Sequence record: NC_019410.1
Length of the DNA stretch: 64,000 nt
Strand: one strand, 5' to 3'
The notes beneath the pieces are model-generated. The model was not told the origin of the DNA. It was given only the letters and a program-made list of their open reading frames with translations, and did no database searches. Of the stretch, positions 53,323 through 62,900 are shown one piece after another. The position numbers and the translations under genes are program-made. The first letter of the stretch is position 1. Each line of letters starts with the position of its first letter.

Positions 53323-53739
53323 ATGTCGCAAGACCACAACGGCTCGTCCTCGGGCCAAGAACGCATCTACCAGAAACTGGATGAGCTTGGCTCCATGCAC
53401 GCGCGCACCCGTGAAGATATTGCCCGCATCCAGGAGATGATGCGAGCGGTCGGTTCGTCGCAGGAGCGGATCGAAAAGCGCCAGGACCATTTCGAGCGCG
53501 AAATCTGGCGTGAGATGGAAGATCGCGCCGCGCGCACGAGCGCCCAACTCGACGAGATCAAGAGCCACACCAACCTGCGCATCGAGGAGATCGAGGCCAA
53601 GGTCGACACGATCCGCGAGGAACGGATCGCCGAGAAGGCCCAGTGGCGCGGCCCCGAGAAGGCCATCGCCGCCCTGGTCGCCGTCGCCGGGGCCATCGCC
53701 GCCTTCGCCACGATCCTCACTTTCCTGAAGGGACACTAG
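53323..53739 (+). CDS. Coiled-coil protein with C-terminal TM (138 aa)
   Basis: Heptad-like composition, hydrophobic tail. Confidence 0.75.
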   Translation: MSQDHNGSSSGQERIYQKLDELGSMHARTREDIARIQEMMRAVGSSQERIEKRQDHFEREIWREMEDRAARTSAQLDEIKSHTNLRIEEIEAKVDTIREERIAEKAQWRGPEKAIAALVAVAGAIAAFATILTFLKGH

Positions 53740-53846
53740 GACTTATAGTCAAGCTTGGGTGCCTGCGGCCAGAAGTCGCGCTTCTTGACACCCGATCTGG
53801 GCCGGCATAACCATAGGGCCATCGTTCCTGGGTGGAGTTTTCCCTA

Positions 53847-54053
53847 ATGGCTGTCGCGCTTACTGTCGTCTCGGTTGAGACCGAATCTACCATCCAAGGT
53901 GTTGACCCCGACGCGGCGCATGTCCGCCTGATCGAGGTCCTGCATACCGCCGCAGAAGCGGGTCTTGGGGAAATGACGTTGGAAGTCAAAGCGGAGATCG
54001 CGGCGCTGCTCCAGCAGGCGTCCGTGGAACTCTCCCACTGCCGGCCGGTGTAG
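53847..54053 (+). CDS. Hypothetical protein (68 aa)
   Basis: GGAG SD before ATG 53847. Confidence 0.55.
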   Translation: MAVALTVVSVETESTIQGVDPDAAHVRLIEVLHTAAEAGLGEMTLEVKAEIAALLQQASVELSHCRPV

Positions 54054-54087
54054 GGGTCCCGTAAATCGCCATCCCAGAGGGAGCGAC

Positions 54088-54954
54088 GTGTCCGAGTCTG
54101 CTGAGTTCAACCCGCTCGACCAAAATCAGTTCCCTCCTCGCCTCACCAAGGCTGCTGCGCGACAGGCGCGGCGCCAGGAGCGCAGCCAGAAAAAGGACCC
54201 CACGGCCAACAAGCCGAACTACAAGGCGCTCGAAGCCAAGACCGAACGCCAACGGCGCTATATCCAGGCCCTCAAGGCGGGTGAAAGCGTCATCGCCATT
54301 GGCGGGGCCGGCACGGGGAAGACCTACATCCCGTCCCGGCTCTTCGCCAAGAAGCTGATCGAGGCGAAGATCGAACGCCTGATCATCGCCCGCGTCACCG
54401 CCTCGCGTCCCAAGCACGCCCTGGGCTTCCTGCCCGGCAAGCTGGAAGCCAAGCTCGCCCCGTGGCTCGTCCCGGTCATCGAGGGCGTCAAGGCCGAGAT
54501 GAACGCCCAGACCTACACTCAGTTGCAGGAAGCCGGCAAGATCGAGTTCGCCTCGTTCGAGCACATGCGCGGCCGGACCTTCGCCGAGTGCTGCGTCCTC
54601 CTCGACGAGGCGCAGAACGCCGACTACAAGGACCTGAAGATGGTCCTGACCCGCTGGGGCGAGAACGCCCAATACGCGGTCACCGGCGACATCGACCAGA
54701 TCGACGTCGACGACTCGGGCCTGGAGACGGTCGTCGACATCGTCGAGACCCACGATATCCCGATCCACGTGATCGAGTTCACCGACGAGGACGTGGTCCG
54801 CTCGCCCATGGCCAAGGCCTGGGTCAAGGCGTTCTCCGCCCATGAGGGCAAGGACGAGCGGGCGCGGCGCTTCCACCGCCCCACTGTCAGGAATCTTGAC
54901 GTCCTGCCGGCTTTTATCGATAATGGCCGAGTCACGAAACCCGTGGCGTCGTGA
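54088..54954 (+). CDS. phoH: PhoH-family ATPase
   Basis: GGAGTGKT Walker A, LGFLPG, MRGRTF, LLDEAQN, GDIDQID, VVRS. Confidence 0.92.
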   Translation: MSESAEFNPLDQNQFPPRLTKAAARQARRQERSQKKDPTANKPNYKALEAKTERQRRYIQALKAGESVIAIGGAGTGKTYIPSRLFAKKLIEAKIERLIIARVTASRPKHALGFLPGKLEAKLAPWLVPVIEGVKAEMNAQTYTQLQEAGKIEFASFEHMRGRTFAECCVLLDEAQNADYKDLKMVLTRWGENAQYAVTGDIDQIDVDDSGLETVVDIVETHDIPIHVIEFTDEDVVRSPMAKAWVKAFSAHEGKDERARRFHRPTVRNLDVLPAFIDNGRVTKPVAS

Positions 54955-54955
54955 C
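54887..54955 (+). promoter_or_regulatory. Promoter (TCAGGAATC-TTGACG-N17-GATAAT) and dyad (54931-54955) inside phoH 3' end
   Basis: Both motif classes adjacent, upstream of head-tail genes. Confidence 0.65.
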
Positions 54956-54971
54956 AAAGACGTAGCGCACC

Positions 54972-55493
54972 ATGGCCTTCACCTTCGTTGTTGAGACTGG
55001 CGCCGGCGACCCGGCCGCGAACTCGTACTGCGACGTGCAGTTCGCGGACGACTACATCTACGCCAATGTCTACGCCAACACCGCCTGGGACGCGCTGGAT
55101 CAGGACGGCAAGGAACGTTTTCTGGTCCGGGCGTCCAAGTACCTCGACCGCACGATCGCCTGGGCCGGGGAGAAGGTCGACGAGGATTCCGGCCTGCGCT
55201 GGCCGCGCGCCGGGGTCTATGACATCGACGGCTTCCTGATCCCCAGCGACGCGATCCCCCAGCAACTCATGGAGGCCACCGCCGAGATGGCGGCGGCCCT
55301 CATGAACAACGACTGGACCTCGCCGCAGACCACGCGCGGCATGAAGGAAATCCAGGTCGACGTCATCGAACTGAAGTTCGACAGCGAAATCCAGCGCGGC
55401 TCCATGCCCGACATCGTCATGTCGATCCTCGAAGGTCTGGGGGTCGTCAAGACCGGCACCCGCCCGGCCTTCAAGAAGATCATTCGCCACTAA
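54972..55493 (+). CDS. Head-tail adaptor protein
   Basis: ANSYCDVQFADDY...ASKYLD...LRWPR motif; gene order. Confidence 0.75.
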   Translation: MAFTFVVETGAGDPAANSYCDVQFADDYIYANVYANTAWDALDQDGKERFLVRASKYLDRTIAWAGEKVDEDSGLRWPRAGVYDIDGFLIPSDAIPQQLMEATAEMAAALMNNDWTSPQTTRGMKEIQVDVIELKFDSEIQRGSMPDIVMSILEGLGVVKTGTRPAFKKIIRH

Positions 55494-55885
55494 TGGCCCT
55501 CGAAGCCTTCATCCGTTCCCAGGTCGTCATCGCCTTCAACCAGCTTGACGACATCGCCAAGCGCTGGACCTACGTCCAACGCTCGGGCGATCCGGTGCGT
55601 GATGTCGAGAGCGGCGTGACCACCTATCCTTCCACCGAGATCGTCATTCCCAAAGCGGTCAAGGTGCGGTTCAAGAAGGACGAGAAGGACGCCCACGGCC
55701 AGACCCTGGTGGGCGAGAAGGTCCTGTTCCCCCGCGTCTTCCTGCCGGGCGACTTCGAGACCGCGACCTCCGACTACCTCGTCGACCAGAACGGCATCAT
55801 CTGGGAGATCATGAGTGACCTGGGCGACCCGGCCTCGGCGCTGGCGATGTTCCAGGTCCGCAGCACGCGGAAGAAGACCCCGTGA
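55493..55885 (+). CDS. Head closure protein
   Basis: Gene order, beta-rich 130 aa. Confidence 0.6.
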   Translation: MALEAFIRSQVVIAFNQLDDIAKRWTYVQRSGDPVRDVESGVTTYPSTEIVIPKAVKVRFKKDEKDAHGQTLVGEKVLFPRVFLPGDFETATSDYLVDQNGIIWEIMSDLGDPASALAMFQVRSTRKKTP

Positions 55886-56355
55886 AGTCGGGCGGAGCCA
55901 AGCTCAGCTTCTACACCGACGGGAACCTGGAGGCGGCGTTCAAGCGCTTCTTCGCCACCGCCGAGAAGCGCTATGACGAGCGGGCCGATCGCCTGCTGAT
56001 CAAGCTGAACGAACTGATCCTGGCCCGCACCCCGGTGTGGGAGGGCGACACCATCCATAACTGGCGCTGGTCGACGCGTGCCCCGGACATGCGCCACGAG
56101 GCCCCGCTAGACAACGGCGATCCGGGCCGCACGAGCGAGATGGACCTGGGCCAGGAGCCGCGCCGCCGCGTCAACGAGACGCGCCCCCGCCAGTCGCTGG
56201 CCGGCGCCCTGCGCGCCAAGGAGCCGATCGACATCTATCTGACCAACACCGCCGAGAGCGCGGTCGATCTCGAATACGGCCTGCTCCCGACCAGGGCGCA
56301 GAGCCGAAACAAGATGGGGATGGTCCGAATCTCGATTAAAGAGGTGTTCGGATGA
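55882..56355 (+). CDS. Tail completion/neck protein (HK97 gp10-like)
   Basis: RTPVWEG...NW...IYLTN...AVDLEYG motif. Confidence 0.7.
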   Translation: MKSGGAKLSFYTDGNLEAAFKRFFATAEKRYDERADRLLIKLNELILARTPVWEGDTIHNWRWSTRAPDMRHEAPLDNGDPGRTSEMDLGQEPRRRVNETRPRQSLAGALRAKEPIDIYLTNTAESAVDLEYGLLPTRAQSRNKMGMVRISIKEVFG

Positions 56356-56426
56356 TCCCCGCCTTCATCATCCTGCCGCGCGTCTATCTCGCCGCGTGGC
56401 TGTCGTTCTGGCTGGGAGAGGACTGA
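56352..56426 (+). CDS. 24-aa hydrophobic peptide MIPAFIILPRVYLAAWLSFWLGED
   Basis: GAGGT SD; ATGA and TGATG overlaps with both neighbours. Confidence 0.6.
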   Translation: MIPAFIILPRVYLAAWLSFWLGED

Positions 56427-56881
56427 TGCTCGAACACGACATGCTCCGGCAAGTCCTGGAGCAGCAGGCCGTCGCCGCCGCCCCGACGATCGGGCTGAAG
56501 CTGAACTTCGACAACTCCGAATTCGTCCAGCCCAAGGACGGCGCGCACTGGGCCGAGTTCTGGGTCCAGACGGGCAACACCGTGCCCTGCGAGGTCGCTG
56601 GCCCGCGCGGCTACGAAAAGACCTCGGGCCTGATCCAGTTCACGCTCAAGGCCCCCGAGGAAGAAGGCAACGGCGCGATCCTCAAGAAGGCCGGCGCGCT
56701 CAAGAAGGTCTTCAACCGCCGCCAATGGGTCGTGGCGCCGGACGGCTATGTCACCCTCGACCCGATCTCGGTCCAGTCGCACGGCAAGCCGATCGACGGC
56801 TTCTATAATGTCGTGGTCTGGGCGACCCTCTGGTTCTACCACCGCGATCCCGACGCCGACGATCGCTGGATTCGCGGTTGA
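56426..56881 (+). CDS. Tail terminator protein
   Basis: FDNSEFVQP...GLIQF...P..EG motif; precedes tail tube. Confidence 0.7.
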   Translation: MLEHDMLRQVLEQQAVAAAPTIGLKLNFDNSEFVQPKDGAHWAEFWVQTGNTVPCEVAGPRGYEKTSGLIQFTLKAPEEEGNGAILKKAGALKKVFNRRQWVVAPDGYVTLDPISVQSHGKPIDGFYNVVVWATLWFYHRDPDADDRWIRG

Positions 56882-56890
56882 CCGCGTCTT

Positions 56891-57018
56891 TCACGCCGGC
56901 TAAGGTCGTGAATCTTGACATTTCCCAAAGTCTAGGGTAGGGTCACCACACTTGCGATGCAGGGCCGGGTCGGCACGCTCGCTGACCCCCTTTTGTCACA
57001 AAACCGTGGATTGGTGAC
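56891..57018 (+). promoter_or_regulatory. Tail promoter TCGTGAATC-TTGACA-N17-TAGGGT plus dyad at 56995-57018
   Basis: Both motif classes present. Confidence 0.75.
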
Positions 57019-57024
57019 CTGCCC

Positions 57025-58857
57025 ATGGCTGCATCGTTCTTCGCCGACTCCAACCGCGCGCGGATGCGCTACATCAAGGAGAACAACGTTGTCTGGGGCG
57101 TGACCCCCGCCAGCGGCGTCTCCCGTGAACTGCGGTACACCGGCTCCACCGTCAACGCCCAGAAGGACACGACCCTCTCGGAAGAAATCCGTGCTGACCG
57201 CATGGTGTCCGAGATCGTCGAGGTCGCCGCGCGCACGACGGGCGAAATCAACATCGAATTCTCGGCCGGCTCGCACGACGACCTGCTGGAAGCCTTCATG
57301 TACGGCGCCTGGACGCGCCCGATGACCTTCGACTCGGTCCAAGGCGTCTCGCTCGAATGGGCCGACACCGACACCCTGTACGTCAAGGGCAAGAACGTCA
57401 CGCCCTACTTCTTCGCCGGCCGCCGCGTCCGTACCCAGGGCTTCATCAACGTCGCCAACAACGGCTACTGGCAGATCGACACGATCACCTTCAACGCCGG
57501 CGCCAACCGCACCGAGATCAACATGTCGACGTCGACCGCTGTCGCTGAGCGCGGCACGGCCTACTCGGCGCTCTACGACGCCAACGACGTCATCGTGCTG
57601 AACAACACCGCCATCCGCGCCGGCACCGGCGGCGAGGCGGCGTTCGACTCCAACGGCACCAACGCCTTCGCTGCGGCGATCGCGGCGGGCCAACTGTCGG
57701 TCGGCCAGAAGATTTTCGTCGAAGGCCTGGGCTTCGAGACCGGCACGGTCGTCCTGGCTGGTCTGCCGACCGCCGGCGCCCGCGTCCAGATCAGCGACGG
57801 CGTCAAGACGGTTCCCTTCCAGTTCGGCGGTTCGGCGGCTCAGCCGACCGTGGTCGTCGCCCTGGGCGCCGACGAGACGGAGACCGCTCAGAACCTCGCC
57901 GACGCGATCAACAAGCTGCGCGTGCGCAAGCAACTGGAAGTCGGGGCCTCGGCCGCGACCGGCACCGTGACCCTGCGCAACCTGCTGGTCACCGGCGGCT
58001 CGATCATCGAGACCGTGGCCGACGCCAACGTCACCGTGACCAACTTCTCGGGCGGCGACGCCTCGCTGCGCGGCGTGTTCACGATCGAAGCGCTGACCGA
58101 CGACAAGATCACCGTCAACCCGGCGCCCGCGACCCTGGCCAACACGACGGCCAAGGTCAACATCAAGGGCTCGATGCTCCGTAACCCGTTCGACCCGGAC
58201 GTGATCACGGCGCAGTCGTTCACCTTCGAGACCGGCTTCGAGGACGTCGACCAATACTACCTCGCCGACGGCATGCGGATCGGCACGGTCGCGCTGAACA
58301 TCGCGGCCAACTCGATCCTGACGGGCTCGTTCGGTCTGCAAGGCCGCGCCTCGACCCGTCAGAACACCTCCAAGCTCGGCGAAGCGCCCTACACCGCGCT
58401 CCAGACGACCGCGACGCCCGTGGCCAACGCCACCGTCAACGTCGGCAAGATCGCCATGAACGGCGAAGAACTGTCGACCGCCGTGCAGTCGATCGCCATC
58501 AACGGCACGAACAACCTGCGTGACCAGATGGCCGTGGGCTACAAGTTCCCCGCCGGCATCGGCGCGGGCCGCATGGAAATCTCCGGCTCGCTGGTCGCCT
58601 ACTTCGCCGACGGCAACCTGTGGGACAAGTTCATCAACCACGAGACCGTCTCGGTGAGCTTCCCGCTGACCGACGTGCTGGGCAACCACTACGAGTTCAC
58701 GATCCCGGCGGCGAACTTCTCGACCGACACCGTGAACCCGGCCGGCGGCAACCAGGACATCATGGAGAACCTGGAATACACCGCCAAGCGCGACCCGGTC
58801 ACCGACTGCCAGTTCCAGATCGACCGCTACTCCTCGATCTTCGCGAACACGAACTAA
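57025..58857 (+). CDS. Major tail tube protein with inserted domain(s)
   Basis: LRYTGSTVN...SEEIRADR...GEINIEFS and ISGSLVAYF motifs; 610 aa. Confidence 0.85.
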   Translation: MAASFFADSNRARMRYIKENNVVWGVTPASGVSRELRYTGSTVNAQKDTTLSEEIRADRMVSEIVEVAARTTGEINIEFSAGSHDDLLEAFMYGAWTRPMTFDSVQGVSLEWADTDTLYVKGKNVTPYFFAGRRVRTQGFINVANNGYWQIDTITFNAGANRTEINMSTSTAVAERGTAYSALYDANDVIVLNNTAIRAGTGGEAAFDSNGTNAFAAAIAAGQLSVGQKIFVEGLGFETGTVVLAGLPTAGARVQISDGVKTVPFQFGGSAAQPTVVVALGADETETAQNLADAINKLRVRKQLEVGASAATGTVTLRNLLVTGGSIIETVADANVTVTNFSGGDASLRGVFTIEALTDDKITVNPAPATLANTTAKVNIKGSMLRNPFDPDVITAQSFTFETGFEDVDQYYLADGMRIGTVALNIAANSILTGSFGLQGRASTRQNTSKLGEAPYTALQTTATPVANATVNVGKIAMNGEELSTAVQSIAINGTNNLRDQMAVGYKFPAGIGAGRMEISGSLVAYFADGNLWDKFINHETVSVSFPLTDVLGNHYEFTIPAANFSTDTVNPAGGNQDIMENLEYTAKRDPVTDCQFQIDRYSSIFANTN

Positions 58858-58864
58858 GGGCTTA

Positions 58865-58888
58865 GTCACGATTCCCCCGAATCGTGAC
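58865..58888. promoter_or_regulatory. Dyad operator GTCACGA-N10-TCGTGAC
   Basis: GTCACGATTC-CCCC-GAATCGTGAC. Confidence 0.75.
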
Positions 58889-59008
58889 AGCCCCCACCCG
58901 CTTCCCCCGATAGACCAAAGTCCCCAGGACAGAAGTCTCAGCGCTGAGCAGGGCCGCCCGGAAATCGGGGCCGGGCGGCCCACCCTCCCCGATACGGAAT
59001 CCCCGAAC

Positions 59009-59437
59009 ATGACCGACAAGATCAAGATCGACATGCTGGACCTCTTCTCGACCGATCGCGAGTCGGAAGAAGCGGGCGTCTGGATTTACCTGGACGAGGC
59101 CGAGCAGACCGGTTTCAAGATTCGCGCCCTGGGCGCCAAGGCGGTCCTCGACCTGCGCGAGGAACTGACCAAGAAGTACCAGTCTCTGATCCGCGCGGGC
59201 GGCAAGCTCCCGGACGAGAAGGTCGAGGAAATCAACCTGAAGGTCATCGCCGGCGGCGTGCTGGCGGACTGGAAGGGCATCATCGTCGGCGGCGAGGAAA
59301 TCCCCTACAGCGCCGAGGCGGCCTACACGGTCCTGAGCAACCCGAAGCTGGGCAAGATGTCCGCCTTCATCGCTCAGCACTCGATGGACGCCCAGAACTA
59401 TCGCGACGACGCCCGTGAGGACGCCGCAAAAAACTAA
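59009..59437 (+). CDS. Tail assembly chaperone (G)
   Basis: Between tail tube and tape measure; E..GVW motif; ends in slippery site. Confidence 0.85.
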   Translation: MTDKIKIDMLDLFSTDRESEEAGVWIYLDEAEQTGFKIRALGAKAVLDLREELTKKYQSLIRAGGKLPDEKVEEINLKVIAGGVLADWKGIIVGGEEIPYSAEAAYTVLSNPKLGKMSAFIAQHSMDAQNYRDDAREDAAKN

Positions 59438-59904
59438 CGGCGGCTCTGGAGTTCACGCTCAGCCAGAAGCACGGGGGTAGCGGGCGCGTCAAGTCGGCGG
59501 CCCGCGCCCCCAATGCCGAATCGCCTGACGACTGGCTGGCGCGGATCAAGGCTCAGAACTCCGGCCCTCCGCCGAGCGCGGACGACGAGTTCGACCTGAA
59601 CGCAGAGCCGAAGGGGATTGAGCCCTATCCGGACCTCCTGTGGGTCTGGGACGGTTTCTGGCGCCTCTCGAACAAACGCCCCAACGGCATGTCTGGCCCG
59701 ATGCGGATTCCGACCTCGGAGATCGAGGCTTTCACCCGCATCCGGCGCTGGGACTACGCCAAGAGCAACGAATTCCTGTTCTACGTCGACATGATGGACG
59801 AGGTCTACATGGCCCACGTCGCCAAGGTCCTCGAAGAGCAGGAGCGCCAGCGAGAAACCGCCGCCAACAAGCCCCCGATCCACAATAAGCGGGGCCGCCG
59901 ATAG
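59009..59904 (+). CDS. Tail assembly chaperone GT fusion via -1 frameshift at A AAA AAC (59428-59434)
   Basis: -1 frame read open by eye from 59428 to TAG 59902-59904; WDGFWRLSNKR...IPTSEI motif. Confidence 0.85.
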
Positions 59905-59909
59905 GATCA

Positions 59910-62900
59910 ATGGACAGCGAAGCCCTCAAGCTTAAGATCGATTCCTCGCAAGCGCGTACCGACCTGGACGCGCTTGCGAAGTCCCTCGACCGCGCGTCCA
60001 AGGCCGCCGGCGCCATGCAGTCGAACCTCGCCAAGGGGGTCGACAAATCTAACGAGGCCCTGTCGCGCGGGGCCAAGAACATCGAGAAGTTCGCCCGCGT
60101 CACGGCGGAACTCTCGAAGGTCAAGCTGTCGGGCGATCCCGCCAAGCAGTTGACCGAATTCGCCAACGCCGTCTCGGCCGTGGCGCGCGCGCGCGAGATC
60201 AGCGCCGCCAAGCTCAATGGCCTGTCGAAGTTCGTCCAGGTCGGCGCGGCTATCTCCAAGCTGCGGTTCACCGGCGAGTCCTTCTCGGGTCTGCACGCCC
60301 TGACCCAGGCGATGGACGAGGCCGGGCGCGCCCGCGCCGTCAGCGCCGCCAAGCTCAAGTCGTTCGTCGACTACATGGAAGTCGCCGCGCGCGCCTCGCG
60401 CCTGCGCTTCTCGTCCCAGACCTCCGAAGCCCTGAAGTCCCTGGCCAGCGCCATGGATGCGGTCGCGCGTTCGCGCGTGGTCAGCCCCCAGAAGCTGGCG
60501 GCCTTCAAGGAACTCTTCGCCACCCTGGCCACCGCCAAGGGCGTGCCGAACGCCGGCGCGATCGCCCGCGACCTCGACACCATCGCCGGGGCCGCCTCGC
60601 GCGCCGCCAAGGCCATGGCGGAACTCAAGGGCGCGCGCTCGGGCATGGGCTCGATGCGCGCCTCGGGCGGGGCCGGCGGCGGCGGCGGGATCGCCTCGGG
60701 CGCCTCCTCGAACGTCAAGCGCTTCAACGAGGAAGTCGCCAAGGTCAAGGGACACACCGACAACGCCTCCAAGGGCGTCGATGGGCTCGGCAAGGGCCTG
60801 GGCCTTCTGACCGGCCGCTTCAACCTCTCCTATCAGGCGGGCACGCTGTTCTCGGCGCTGTTCTCGTCCTTCACCTTCGGCCAACTGGTCAAGGGCATCT
60901 ACGACACCACGGTCTCGTTCCAGAAGCTGAACAAGGCCATGCTGTTCGTCACCGGCACCTATGCCGGCGCGCACAAGGCGACGCAGGACTTCATCGACAT
61001 CTCGGTGCAACTGGGCGCGTCCGTCGAGGACAACGCCGACGCCTACTCGCGCTTCGCCATCTCGTCGGCCGCCGCCGGACTGAAGCTGGCTGACGTCAAC
61101 AAAATCTACAAGTCCACCCAACTTGCCCTGACCGCCGTCGGCGCCAACAGCGAGCAGGTCGGCTACGCCTTCTACGGCCTGTCGCAGGCCATGGCGAAGG
61201 GCAAGATTTCGTCCGAAGAGTTCAACCGCCAGATCGGCGAGCAAATCCCCGGCAACGCCCAGGCGGGGGCGCGCGCCCTGTCCAAGCTGACCGGGCAGCA
61301 GAAGTCGGTCGCCGACCTCTTCGACGAGATGCGCAAGGGCACGCTCCAGTCGGCGCCGTTCCTCAAGGCCTGGGCCGACGAGATCAACCGCATGTTCGCC
61401 CCGCTGCTGCCGGAGGCCGAAAAGCGCCCTGACTTCCAACTGAACAAGCTCAAGACCGCCTTCTCCCTGTGGAAGAAGGAAGTCGGCCAGTCGCAGTTCA
61501 TCGGCGCTCTGACCACCCAGTTCAAGAAGCTCTCGGACATGCTGATCGTGGTCGAGGGCGACCACTATGTCCTGACGGAGCGCGGACGCAAGCTCGCCGA
61601 CTCGTTTGGCAAGGGACTGGCCCAGGCCGTCAACATTCTCGGCAACGCCCTGGCGTGGCTGGCGGACAACCTCGACAAGGTCGTCGCCGTGATCAAGGTG
61701 ATCGGAGCCCTGGCGATCGGCAACGAGTTCGCCAAGTGGGGCCGGCAGGTCGCGGCCTTCGCCGACAACATGCTGGGCGTCAAGCGGGCGATCGAGGAAG
61801 TCTCGGTCGCCGAGACCACCGCCTCGGGTAAGCGCGCGGTGACCTCCAAGGCCGGGGCGGTCAACGCCGTCTCGACCGTGGCGTCCGATCGCATGGCGAT
61901 GGCGACCAACCGCACCCGTAACGCGGTGATGGGCGGCACCTTCGTCGCCAATGCGGTGGCTCCTGCCGTGCGTCAGTCGCCGCAGTTCTCGCAACTCTCC
62001 TACCTGACCGGCAACCCGACCTCGCCCACGCGGGGCGCGCCGACGTTCGGCCGCCGCCAGCCCTATACCGGCACCATGACCTTCGACGCGCGCCCGGCGG
62101 GCCGGGCCGGTGGCATGGGCGGCCTGTTCGCCGCCATGGGTTCGGGCGCGGCGACCGCCGCCACCGGAGCCTTCACGGGCCTGCGCAAGGCGCTCAACGT
62201 CCTGCCCGGCGTCGCCCTCGGCGCGGCGGTCGCCCTGGCGATCTTCGGCAACAGCATCACCAAGCTGAACGACAAGGCCGTCTCGTACAACAACATCGCC
62301 GCCGGAGCCCTGGGCACGGCGGGCGACGAGATCGGCAACGGCATGACCGGGCTGATCAACGGCATCCGGGGTCTTTTCGGCGCCCAGCAGAAGGCCCAGG
62401 GCACCGGCGATTGGCTGGTGGACCTCTCTGCCACGCTGATCGTCTTCGGCAAGGCCATCTTCACCCTGGCGACCACGCTCGGTAAAATCCTCGGCACGCT
62501 GATGGCCAATGTCATCATCCCGTGGATCGAACTGGGCCAAAAGGTCGCTTCGGGCGACCTGAAGGGCGCGGCGGGCAAGGCCGGCGAGGTCCTGATGGGG
62601 CAGATCGGCAAGGGCAATCGCGAGCGCTGGGCCGAACTGGGTAAGGAACTGGGCAAGGACTGGGGCAAGGCCCTGGACTACGCGGGCACGCGCCAGTCGA
62701 TCGTCAACGGCGCCCTGAAGTCGGCGGCCGGCGACAGCGCCGCCCAGCAGGGGGCCAACGCCGCCGAGAAGATGACCGAGGCGGCTCTGGCGCAGATGAA
62801 GGCCGCCGACCAGCAGGCCCTCGCCGCCGCCGACTTGAAGGACGCCACGGCGAACTTCAAGAAGGACCTGGAGCCGCTCAACTTCAACGACCTCTTCAAG

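Noticed and set aside
49590-53440. ORF-track ORFs overlapping tRNA genes and ncRNA candidates
   Set aside because: Translations of structural RNA; no SD or codon bias
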